NCBI GenBank assembly: GCA_043228905.1
Contig: JBHGNT010000020.1
Coordinates: forward strand, 3,472,001 to 3,536,000
Direction of reading: 5' to 3'
From: Azolla caroliniana
Taxonomy: Eukaryota; Plantae; Polypodiophyta
DNA: 64,000 bases
This document shows positions 11,146 to 23,074 of the stretch, piece by piece (the stretch's first letter is position 1; each line of letters starts with the position of its first letter). Below the pieces are notes generated by a model. That model was not told where the DNA came from. It made no database searches and saw nothing but the letters and a program-made list of their open reading frames with translations. A program made the position numbers and the translations under genes.

Positions 11146-14100
11146 TAATCTTCATCATATCCGCCTTCTCTGCTTTCGTCTTCGGGCTTTGCTTACCGGA
11201 TAGCCTGCAGTTTGCCGGAAGTGTCGATCCGACCGGTTTCGCCTCTGACATGTTGAACCGGTGAAGCACCTTTGTCACATACTTCTCCTGTGATAGCCAT
11301 AATTGCTTCACTGACCGGTCCCGAATGATGTGCATCCCCAACATCTGTCTTGCCGGACCCAAGTCTTTCATTGAGAAGGTCCGGTTGAGAGCCTTCTTCA
11401 GCATCCGTATTTTGACTTGGTCCCGTACGACGATCAACATGTCATCCACGTACAGAAGGAGTATTAGGAAGTCGCCTCCTTCGAACTTCTTCACAAACAC
11501 ACAATGATCGGCCTGTGTCTTGTGGTACCCTTGATCGGTCATGAAGGAGTCGAACTTCCAGTACCATTGCCGGGGGGCCTGCTTCAACCCGTAGAAGCTC
11601 TTCTTCAGCCGGCAAACCAGGTGCTCCTTCCCTTTCTCCACAAATCCTTCCGGTTGCTGCATGTAGATCTCCTCTTCGACGTCGCCGTGAAGGAATGGCG
11701 TCTTCATGTCCAGCTACTCTACCTCAAGGTCCATGCTTACCACTATACTCAGCACCGTCCGGATGGAGATCATCTTTACTACCGGGGCAAATATCTCGTC
11801 GAAGTCCACGCCCTTCTTCTGCTGGAACCCCTTCACCACGATCCTGGCTTTGTATCTCGGGGGGTTCCCGGCATCTCCCGGTTTCAACTTGTACACCCAC
11901 TTGTTACGGAGTGCCCGCTTTCCCTTCGGCAACTCCACCAATTCGTACGTATGGTTCTCATGCAGGGAATCCATCTCATCTTGCATGGCACTTAACCATT
12001 TTCGGTTGTGGGTGTTATGCTTCGCTTCTTCGAAGCTTTCCGGCTCCCCCTCATCGGTCAGCAGAACATGCTCTGCATCCGGAAATCTCTGGGGGGGCGT
12101 TCTCTCTCTGAGAGGATATCTACGTCTTCGGGCTTCGGTAACCGGCTCCTCCATTCGCTCTTCATCCGAATCCGATTCGGGGTCTTGGCCGGTTCCGGTT
12201 TCAGCTTCCTCTACTTCTTCTTCTGCCGGTTCGGTATCCTCACCGTATCCGGCTGGTTCTTCGAGTGCTAACCGGTCTCTCGCCGGCTGGGTTTGATCAT
12301 CGTAGAGTCGATCCTTACCGGTCGACTCAGAGTTCATTATCTTCTTCTCCGACTCCCAGTCGGCGAGCGTCTTGTCCTCCATGAAGATAATATCTCGACT
12401 CCGGAATACCTTCTTGTCGACCGGGTCCCACACTCGGTAGCCAAACTCATCGTCACCGTAACCGAGGAATATGCATGGCCGGGTCTTTGGATCTAACTTT
12501 CCTCTCCGGTCCTTTGCTACATGCACGTACGCGAGACACCCGAACACCTTCAGATGCCAGTAGGAGACTTCCTTACCGGTCCATACTCTCTGTGGCGTGT
12601 CTCCGTCCAAGGGTACTGAGGGTGATCTTTTTATCACGTATGTCGTCGTCGACAATGCCTCAGCCCCAAACTTCTTGGGTAGTTTTGCATGCGCTAGCAT
12701 ACTCCGGACCCTCTCCATTATGGTCCAGTTCATCCTCTCGGACAGTCCGTTTAGTTCCGGCGTCTTCGGCACGGTAAATTCGAGCCAGATTCCCTTCGAG
12801 CGGCAGTACTCCTCGAACTGCGCCCGGTATTCTCCTCCGTTATCTGCTTGAACCGCCTTCAGCTTCCCGCTGGTTTCTCTTTCCACTCTCGCGTGGAGCT
12901 CTTTGAAGACAGATAGCACCTGATCCTTCGTCTTCAATGGTGTGGCCCACAGCTTCCGGCTGTGGTCATCTATGAACGTCACGAAGTACTGCGCTCCGGC
13001 ATGTGACTTCGTGTCTACTTGACACACATCCGTATGCACCAACTCCAGTGGTGCATTACGTCTCATCGGGGGCCTTGGTCGGAAGGACGTCCGGTTTTGT
13101 TTACCGGCCAGACAGTCAGTGCACTTCTCCAAGTGCACGTTCTTCACTGGAATGAGGTTGTCGTCTGCAAGCCTCTTCATCCCCTTCTCGCTCATATGAC
13201 ACAGTCTCTTGTGCCACAGCTCACCGGCAGTGTCGGATGCCACGTTCACTTCTTCCGGGCATAACCGGGCATTCATCAGGTACAGTGTGTTGACCTTCCG
13301 GGCCCGAGCCACAATCAGGCTCCCTTTGCTAAACTTCATGACACCGTTCCGGATGCTACCCGTGTAGCCTTCATCATCTAGCCGACCGGCTGATATCAGG
13401 TTCAGACGAACCTCCGGAACGTGTCGGACATCCTTCAGCAGCAACTTGCATCCGGTTGGTGTTGACAGGCACACGTCTCCTATGCCGACAATTCGGCATG
13501 TACCTTCATTCCCCATCCGGACACAGCCGTGGTCACCGGCTGAGTAGGATGAGAAGCATTTCCGGTCTGGGGTAAGGTGGAACGATGCTCCGGAGTCTAC
13601 CACCCAGGTCATCTCGTCGCCGGCAAGGTTTATCTCACTCTCCTCGGTGAGGAGCATCAACTCTTCTTCACTTCCCGCGATTGCCGTCGTTCCCTTCCGG
13701 TCCGCCCCCTTCCGGTCTTTACCGTTCCAATCCGGGGTCCGCTTCGAATCGGTACCGTCGGTTTCCTTGTCTTTACAGAAGTGCCGACAGTTCTTCTGGA
13801 AGTGTCCCGGCTTGCCGCAATAGAAGCAAGTGGGCCACCCCCTTGACTTTGACCGTGTCCCCGACTTCTCCCGGTTCTAGGGACTACGGTTTCTATGTCT
13901 TCCGCGTTCCGACTCGGTAAGGAGCGCTTTGGAGTCGGAGCTCGTATCCTTATCTTTCCGACGTGCCTCCTCATCTAGCAAGCTCGACTTTACTCTTGCT
14001 AGGGATAACGGCTTTCCTTCCGGCCCGGCGTTGCCCAAAGTGACAACCAACGTCTCCCAGCTATCCGGGAGGTAACCGAGCAGGAGTAGCGCTAGTACCT

Positions 14101-15290
14101 CATCGGCGAGAGGTACTTCCAATGAAGTTGCCTGGTGGATCAGCCCCTGGAAGGCATTCATGTGCTCCGCCATGCTGGAGCCATCTTGGTACCGGAGTCT
14201 TACTAGCTTCCGGAATACCGACACCTGATTGACAACATTTTTGTTCTGAAACATTATGCCGATCTTCTCCTAGAGCTCATGAGCCTTGCTCTCTTCATTG
14301 AAGTTGTTGTATAGGCTCATGTCGATGAAGCACCGTATGTACGTCGTTGTCTTCATGTGCATCACCTCCCATATTGTGGCATCAATCTTGTCCGGTCTCT
14401 TGTCCCCGAACTGAACCGGTAGCCAAAGATCTTTAACCACGAGCATGTCTCTCATCTTCGACTTCCACACTGAATAGTTGGAGCCAGTGAGCTTGAACAT
14501 GCCGCCAAACGATTCGTCCATTTTCTGTGTTGTTTCACTCTGATACCACTTGTTAGGAACTCAACGCTCCTTATGCGCACCGCTCGGCCACAACCGAGCT
14601 TCTTTTCATACACAGAAAACGGGAAACAAAGGAGAGAAAAAAAAAGGTAGACATGATGTTTACGTTGTCGTGAAGAATGTGCTTCACGATATAAAAATGA
14701 GCTTAAATGTTGTATTTAATAATATTTGAGAGACTTGAACCCACATCCTTATATACAATGTACATATTTGTAAAAGTGTGTAATAAATGTGCTTCATGAT
14801 ATAAGAATGAAGCTATATATCGTATTAAGTAAAATTGAAGGACTTGAACCCTCAACCGTGTATACCAAGCACCAAGCATACACCACTAAGCTAGGTTAGT
14901 TATTTTAGAATACATTTTCATCATTATACTTATCTCATATCTATTTTCATACATAGCCATCATTCATCACATTCAATGCATGTGCGCCAAATGGCGATCA
15001 TGCATTACATGTAACTCATGCATTGCATGCATGCCATGCTCCCATACATTACCATATGCATGGCAACACTTATATAAAGAGGGGAAAGGGAAAACAAGGA
15101 AGGAATCAAGAGAGAGTGAGAAAATAATATAATCAATTAAAGAAGACTAGCTCATTGGGTGGAGAACCTCTCGTTTCGAAGTTGAGGTCGTGGGTTCAAA
15201 TCAAGGGTCGATAGAGAATGTGTTCAGTTTGCGATCGAGGATTGTAAAGTTGGTAAATTATTATATTTTTAATATACATCATGTTTATAT

Positions 15291-18200
15291 TGTTAGGAAC
15301 AGTGCTCGGCCACAACCGAGGAATAGGATCAACTCTCAGAAAACAGGAAATATAAAATGCACGAAGACAATAGAGAGAAGAGTACACAGGATGTTTTACG
15401 TGGAAAACCCTAAATGGGAAAAAACCACGGGAGTCCTCAGACTCCAACTATCACTATAAGCAGAGATGTACAATGGTGAGGCTACAAAGCAACAACCTTG
15501 AGCTCACTGTCTTCGCCACAGGCGGCGGTAGTACACAGAGGCAACGACCTCTTCGTCTCTCTCTCACTCTCTCTCTCTCTCGGCTGCTCTCTTCACTCTT
15601 GCACACATAAGAGTGAACAATACACAGTAGGCAACAACATACGTCCAGCAACACTAAACAGTTTGCCCTAAGTCATATTCATACACATATGACTTTCGGA
15701 CTATTTACAAGTATAGCCTCAAAGGGCTCTTGGAAAACATATTCACAAATATGTCCCCGCATCCGGATCTCTCTCTCCGGGTACTTTTATCATCCGGCTC
15801 CGTAGCCGGGGTCTTCATCATCCGGTTCCGTAACCGGGTTCTCTTCATCCTCTGGTTCCGTAACCGTAACCAGGCTTACCGTCATTCATCTCCGGACATC
15901 CGACCATCCCATCCGGAGGGACCGTAATCCCAACAAACTCCCCCTTCACTTCGGCATGGGATGTCTCTCCAATCCAATCCTCTTCCGGCATGCTTCCAGC
16001 TTGTCGGGTGTGAGCACCTTGGTCAGCATATCCGACCCGTTCTCGTCCGTGTGGATCTTCGTCAGCACGAGCTCCTTGTCTTCTATCCTTTCCCGGATCC
16101 AGTGGTATCTACGCTGGATGTGTTTCGTCCGGGAATGGTAGGCCGCGTTCTTCGCAAGGTGGATGGCACTCTGACTGTCGCAGTAGAGCCGGTACTCCTC
16201 CTGCCGGATACCGAGCTCTCCAATGAAGTCCTTCATCCATATTATTTCCTTGCCGGCTTCAACAGCCGCCATGTACTCCGCCTCCGTGGTTGACAACGCA
16301 ATCGTCTTCTGCAGCCTCGACTGCCATGAAACAGCTCCCCCTGCATACGTCATCACATACCCTGATGTGGACCGGCTGGTATCTGCATCAGCCGACATAT
16401 CCGAATCGGTAAAGCCGTCGAGTTCGGGCTTACCGGAGCCGAATCGGAGGCACACGTTTGTCGTGCCCTTCAGGTATCGGAGTATCCACTTGGCCGCGTT
16501 CCAGTGCTCTTTGCCGGGATTACTCATATACCGGCTCACCACTCCGACTGCGTATCCAATGTCCGGTCGGGTACAAACCATTGCGTACATCAAGATTCCG
16601 ACGGCAGAGGCATATGGTATCTTCATCATATCCTCCTTTTCAACCTTTGTTTTGGGACTTTGCTTGCCGGATAACTTGCAGTTTGCCGGGAGGGTCGACC
16701 CGACCGGTCTTGCTTCCGACATGTTGAACCGTTGAAGCACCTTTGTCACGTACTTCTCCTGTGACAGCCACAACTGCTTCTTCCTCTGGTCCCGGATGAT
16801 GTGCATCCCTAGTATTTGCCTCGCCGGACCCAGGTCCTTCATTGAGAAGGTTCGGTGAAGAACCTTCTTCAGCATCCGTATCTTGACCTGGTCCCGTCCG
16901 ACGATCAACATGTCGTCCACGTACAGGAGGAGTATTAGCAAGTCTCCTCCTTCGAACTTCTTTACAAATACGCAGTGATCAGCCTGCGTTTTGTGGTACC
17001 CTTCGTCGGTCATGAAGTAGTCGAACTTCCGGTACCATTGCCGAGAAGCCTGCTTCAGTCCGTAAAGGCTCTTCTTCAACCGGCATACCAGGTGCTCCTT
17101 CCCTTTCTTCTCGAATCCTTCCGGTTGCTGCATGTAGATCTCTTCTTCGAGGTCACCGTGAAGGAATGCCGTCTTCACGTCCATCTGTTCTACCTCAAAG
17201 TCCATGCTTGCCGCTATGCTCAGCACCGTCCGGATGGAGGTCATCTTCACTACCGGGGCAAATATCTCGTCGAAGTCGACGCCCTTCTTCTGCTGAAACC
17301 CCTTCACCACGATCCTGGCTTTGTATCTCGGGGGGTTTCCGGCATCTCCCGGTTTCAGCTTGAACACCCACTTGTTTCGTAGTGCCCGTTTTCCTTTCGG
17401 CAACTCCACAAGTTCATATGTGTGGTTCTCATGCAGGGAATCCATCTCGTCCTGCATGGCACTCAACCACTTGCGGCTCTGGGTGTCATGCTTTGCTTCT
17501 TCAAAGCTCTCCGGCTCCCCCTCGTCGGTCAGCAACACGTGCTCTGGGTCCGGAAATCTTCGGGGGACCCTTCTCTCTCTGAGAGGATATCTCCATTCCG
17601 GAGCTTCGGTAACCGGCTCCTCCGTTTTCTCTTCATCCGAATCCATTTCGGGATCGGGGCTGGTTCCGGTATCAGTTTCATCTTCCTCGGCCGGTTCTGT
17701 TTCTTCACCGTCTTCGGCCGGATCCTCGAGTGCTAACCGGTCCCTTGCCGGTCGGGACTGCTCCTCGTAGAGTTGATTCTCACCGGTCGACTTGGAGCTC
17801 TTCATCTTCTTCTCCGACTCCCAGTCGGCGAGTGTCTTGTCCTCCATGAAGATGATATCTCGACTCCTGAATATCTTCTTGTCGACCGGGTCCCATACTC
17901 GGTAGCCGAACTCGTCGTCGCCGTAACCAAGGAATATGCATGGCCGGGTCTTTGGATCTAACTTTCCTCTCCGGTCCTTTGCCACATGCACGTATGCGAG
18001 ACACCCAAACACCTTCAGATGCCGGTAGGACACTTCCTTACCGGACCACACTCTCTGTGGCGTGTCTCCATCCAGGGGTACTGAAGGTGATCTATTTATC
18101 ACATATGTCGCCGTCGACATTGCCTCAGCCCAAAATCCCTTGGGTAATTTCGCATGTGCTAACATACTCCGGACCCTCTCCATTATGGTCCGGTTCATCC

Positions 18201-20695
18201 TCTCGGCCAGCCCGTTCAGTTCCGGCGTCTTCGGCACAGTAAACTCGAGCCGGATTCCCATCGAACGGCAATACTCCTCGAATTGCCCTCGGTATTCTCC
18301 TCCGTTATCCGCTCGTAGTGCTTTCAGCTTCTTGCCGGATTCTCTTTCCACTCTCGCGTGGAGTTCTTTGAAAACGGACAATACTTGGTCCTTTGTCTTC
18401 AATGGTGCCGTCCACAGCTTCTCGCTGTGGTCATCAATGAATGTCACGAAGTACTGGGCTCCGCCATGTGACTTCGTTTCTACTTGACACACGTCAGTGT
18501 GCACCAACTCCAATGGTGCGCTACGTCTCGTCGGTGGCCTTGAGTGGAAGGAGGTTCGGTTCTGCTTACCGGCCAGACAGTCGGTACACTTCCCCAGGTG
18601 TACGTGCTTTACCGGTATCAGGTTGTCTTCGGCAAGTCTCTTCATCCCCTTCTCGCTCATGTGGCACAGTTTCTTGTGCCACAGCTCACCGGCAGTGTCA
18701 GCTGCCACGTTCAGCTCCTCCGGACATAGCTGGGAATTCATCAGGTACAGTGTGTTGACCTTCCGGGCCCGAGCCACTATCAGGCTCCCTTTACTGAACT
18801 TCATGACACCGTTCCGGATGCTACCCGTGTAGCCTTCATCGTCTAGCCTCCCGGCCGAAATCAGGTTCAATCGAACCTCCGGAACGTGTCGGACATCCTT
18901 CAGCAGCATCTTGCATCCGGTTGATGTCATCAGCCACACGTCTCCTATGCCGACAATCCGGCATGTACCTTCATTTCCCATCCGGACACAGCCGTGCTCA
19001 CCGGCTGTGTAGGATGAGAAGTATTTCTTCTCCGGGGTCAGGTGGAACGACGCTCCGGAATCGACCACCCAGGTCATCTCTTCACCGGCAAGGTTCAGCT
19101 CCCTCTCTTCGGTAATGAGCATTATCTCTTCTTCACTTGCCGCGAGTGCCGTCGTTCCTTTCCGGTCCTGCCCTCGCCGATCCGGACCTCTCCGGTCCGT
19201 GGCTCCCCGGTATGCACCGTTTCGCTCCGGTGACTTCTTCGAATCGGTACCGTCGGTTCCGTTGTCTTTCCGAAAATGCCGACAGTTCTTCTGGAAGTGC
19301 CCCGGCTTCCCACAGTAGAATCACGTAGGTCTTCCCCTCGACTGCGACCGTGTCCCCGACTTCTCCCGTCTTTGCGGACTCCGGTTCCGTTGTCTTCCCC
19401 GTTCCGATTCGGTAAGCAGCGCCTTCGAGTCGGAGGCCGGTTCTTTATCTCTCCGACGCGCTTCTTCATTTAAAATGCTTGTCTTTACCGTTTGTAGAGA
19501 CAAGTTATCTTCGGTGCAGGAGGTGCTGAGAGTCACCACCAAGTTCTCCCAGCTTTCCGGCAATGTACACATCAGAATGATGGCTTGCATTGCATCCTCC
19601 AACGGGAACTTGATCGCCGCAAGCTGGTTCACGAATCCCATGAACGTGCTCACGTGTTCCACCATATTCTCGCCGTCCCGGTACTTGAGGTTCACTATCT
19701 TCCTCATCAGGGAGGTCCGGTTCAACGCATTCTTCCTCTCATAGAGGCCCGACAGCTTCTTCCACATCTCATATGCGTTGGTGTCATTCGCCACATGTTG
19801 CAGAACACTTACATCTACATATTGCCGGATCGTCGCTACGGCTTTCCGGTTCAGGAGCTTCCACTCCGACTCTATTACCCCCTTGGGTATCTCGGCATTG
19901 TCGATCGGTTCGTACAGGTCTCGGACGATGAGAAGGTCTTCCATCTTTATCTTCCAGTCGGCGTAGTTCTGTGAGTTCAACACCATCATGCCCGGAGGCC
20001 CACTACCGCCGCCTTCCATTTTCTGTGTTAACCGTGCTCTGATACCAGTTTGTTAGGAACAGTGCTCGGCCACAACCGAGGAATAGGATCAACTCTCAGA
20101 AAACAGGAAATATAAAATGCACGAAGACAATAGAGAGAAGAGTACACAGGATGTTTTACGTGGAAAACCCTGAATGGGAAAAAACCACGGGAGTCCTCAG
20201 ACTCCAACTATCACTATAAGCAGAGATGTACAATGGTGAGGCTACAAAGCAACAACCTTGAGCTCACTGTCTTCGCCACAGGCGGCGGTAGTACACAGAG
20301 GCAACGACCTCTTCGTCTCTCTCTCACTCTCTCTCTCTCTCGGCTGCTCTCTTCACTCTTGCACACATAAGAGTGAACAATACACAGTAGGCAACAACAT
20401 ACGTCCAGCAACACTAAACAGTTTGCCCTAAGTCATATTCATACACATATGACTTTCGGACTATTTACAAGTATAGCCTCAAAGGGCTCTTGGAAAACAT
20501 ATTCACAAATATGTCCCCGCATCCGGATCTCTCTCTCCGGGTACTTTCATCATCCGGCTCCGTAGCCGGGGTCTTCATCATCCGATTCCGTAACCGGGTT
20601 CTCTTCATCCTCTGGTTCCGTAACCGTAACCAGGCTTACCGTCATTCATCTCCGGACATCCGACCATCCCATCCGGAGGGACCGTAATCCCAACA
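15291..20695 (-). mobile_element. Ty1/Copia element C, young insertion in the 5' LTR of G
   Basis: 645-bp LTRs 15291-15935 and 20051-20695, about 3 differences seen; TSD TATAT; iMet PBS; PPT. Confidence 0.97.
15946..20019 (-). pseudogene. Copia C gag-pol with one premature TGA at 19321-19323
   Basis: ORFs 19321-20019 and 15946-19122 are in frame; the stop replaces the first Cys of the zinc knuckle. Confidence 0.92.
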
Positions 20696-20959
20696 TATAT
20701 CATATACTCTTGTTCCTTGAATCATACTTTGTCTCAATCTTCTTTCTAGAATCATCTCTCTCTCTCGCACACACAGACACACATTACTCGTAACTCTTCT
20801 TCTTACTATCCTTAACCACTCTATCATCACCATACAAGCCTTATTAAAAGTTAAGTTTCTTCAACTCCCCTTAACCTTAGTCCCCGCGACTTCGCCGCAC
20901 GAACCACAACTACCCCGACACATTTGGTGAACCCGACGTGAAGGCGACAACAAGGGAAA

Positions 20960-23074
20960 ATGGAGGAGCAAATGAGGCTTATGTGTATGATGGTGGAACG
21001 AATGATGCGAGAGCAAGGGATGACGGAAAGCATCGACAAAGCCGTCGACAATATTCTTGCTCAAGTAGGAATCTTCGAAGGTATAAATTTAACAAAATTT
21101 CTGAAGATTTACAATGAAGAAATGCTTAAACGTGGTGTCGACGAAGCTGCAAAAATTAATAGCTTTAGTCGAGTCGGTGCGATTGGGCTACAAGAGAGGA
21201 TCCAAGAGCTCCAAAGGGAGAATCAGACATGGACAACGTTCGAAAGAGCATTACTCAATGAATACAACCTCAACGATATGTCAAGGATGACAAGGCGAGC
21301 TTTCATGGATTGGGTAGAGTCTAATAAACATTTAAGTGTTTTGGAAGTATTAAAACAGTTTTCTGAAATATTTGAGCAACTAAATGTTAAAGATAGAAAT
21401 ATAATAGTGCCAGATAAAGTAATATTGTTTCTACAAGATACTAATATTAAAGACAGGAGGGACTTGGGAATGCTTTTAGAAGATCAGAATAGTCCAAGTG
21501 GACTTACCGAAGACTGGGAGGAGGTGAAAAGGGCGTGCGCTCATTTCTGCAAAAGAAAGTTATGGTTTATGGAGTTGCCCGACAGAAATGATGAAGAAAC
21601 AGGGAACGAGTCGGGAGAAAAGAAAGTAGAAGAATCACTCTTACACGAATTGGTGAAAGGTATGAAAGACTTGTCGATCAAAGTGACGAAGCTAGAATCG
21701 GGACAAAGCTCGACTTCATCAAGTCAGGGAGGTGGAATGGTCCGAAGGTGTATGTGGTGTGATAGTATGGACCACCAGAAGAAAGATTTTCAAGAGCATA
21801 GGGATGCTCTTAATCATAATAAAATCTACTATCAAGATGGCAAGATTCACTCGACAGAGACTCGACAACCACTTCAACTCAACTTCGGGCGAGGAGGAAT
21901 GAAAAAGCTAATGGAAGATGCCGAGAGAGAAACGACTCAAGCGATACAATCCGTGGCAACCTTAGGACTGCGCGTAGAAGACTCATATGGTGGATCTGGC
22001 TTTTGGCAAGATGTGATGGATTATGCAAGAAAAGGGAAGGTTCGAGTGGATGAATTAAAAAGAGCGGGAGATGAAATACGAAACTTCACTGGATGGAATG
22101 ATCCAGTAGACGCGTTATCAGCATTCGCCCAAGTGAATGCACAAGATGTGCTAGTGGAAGAGAAGCAGAAGAGAGCTAAGGAAGCTGATCCGACAAAGAG
22201 ACATGAGACACGAGAACAGAAGAGAAGGGACATGGAAAAGGGTGCTACTGAGCCGAAGGAAGCTGATAAAGTAAAAGGAAAGACAGGCCCATCTTTCAAG
22301 CTTGCCTCAGACATAGAAACTACGACGGATATAAAAAAGGTACTAGAAACAAGAATACTGAATAGTAAGGTAGAATTTACTTTAAGAGAAGTGTTGGGTA
22401 TAGCAAAGAAATAATTTCATGAAGTTATCATAGATATTATTAGAAGGAAGAGACAGGTGACAGAGGAAATTACGGGAGGGTGTGCAACAACACTCCAAGA
22501 TTTGTATGGTGGCACCATCAATGCTGCAAGTGTAAAAAACCAGAATGATGTTGGCGTCCATGAAGGGGATAGGAGTCACTATACAAGGGACCATTGGGCT
22601 CGAGCAACAACGGAGGCACCTGCAAAAATTGGGGAGCAGCAAATTCCATGTATTGCTTTGATTGATCATGGATCCGAGATTAACATGATGTCATCAGAAT
22701 TTTACGCTCGAGGACGGTGGCCGATCGACAAGAATCATGGGTGGAAAATAAGAGCTGCCACAGAGACTACGGAGGATCTATTTGGAGCATGTCCTAGTGT
22801 GAAGGTAACAATTGGTGATGTGTCGGTGAATCAAAATTTCTTTGTGCAGGATCGATCAACCTACCCCATCATCCTTGGTCAGCCCTACATCACTGCAGTG
22901 AGGATGGAAACAAAGGTTATTGATGATGGTTCGGCTTTCGCGAGAATCAAGAGTCAAGATGGAAGAAAGACTGTCCAATTCTTAACCGTGAGGCCCAACC
23001 ATGAAAGAAACAAAGAATGCTTGAGGGAACATCCAATTCAAGATATGGATGAAGAGTTTTCCCAGGATTTTTAG
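20960..23074 (+). pseudogene. G gag-protease (premature TAA at 22412-22414)
   Basis: Gag, knuckle remnant CMWCDSMDH, protease ALIDHGSEINMM; two in-frame ORFs. Confidence 0.85.

Larger units (their letters stand above)
5133..14521 (-). pseudogene. Copia A gag-pol (5133-5808 + 11146-14521), interrupted by B, with stops and frameshifts
   Basis: Gag, protease WVVDSGAS, integrase LELVHTDVC, RT LLLYVDDML and RNase H motifs in fragmented ORFs. Confidence 0.9.

Noticed and set aside
11146-11150. TSD mismatch of B (GAATC/TAATC) as evidence of recombination between two elements
   Set aside because: Both flanks rejoin the A RT sequence; a single substitution explains it
15140-15210. Bona fide tRNA gene calls for the tRNA-like LTR motifs
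   Set aside because: A and B boxes are present but I could not fold convincing acceptor and anticodon stems; reported as tRNA-like cassettes only
22412-22414. TAA in G gag as a programmed readthrough site
   Set aside because: G has other in-frame stops in RT/RH; most simply a nonsense mutation
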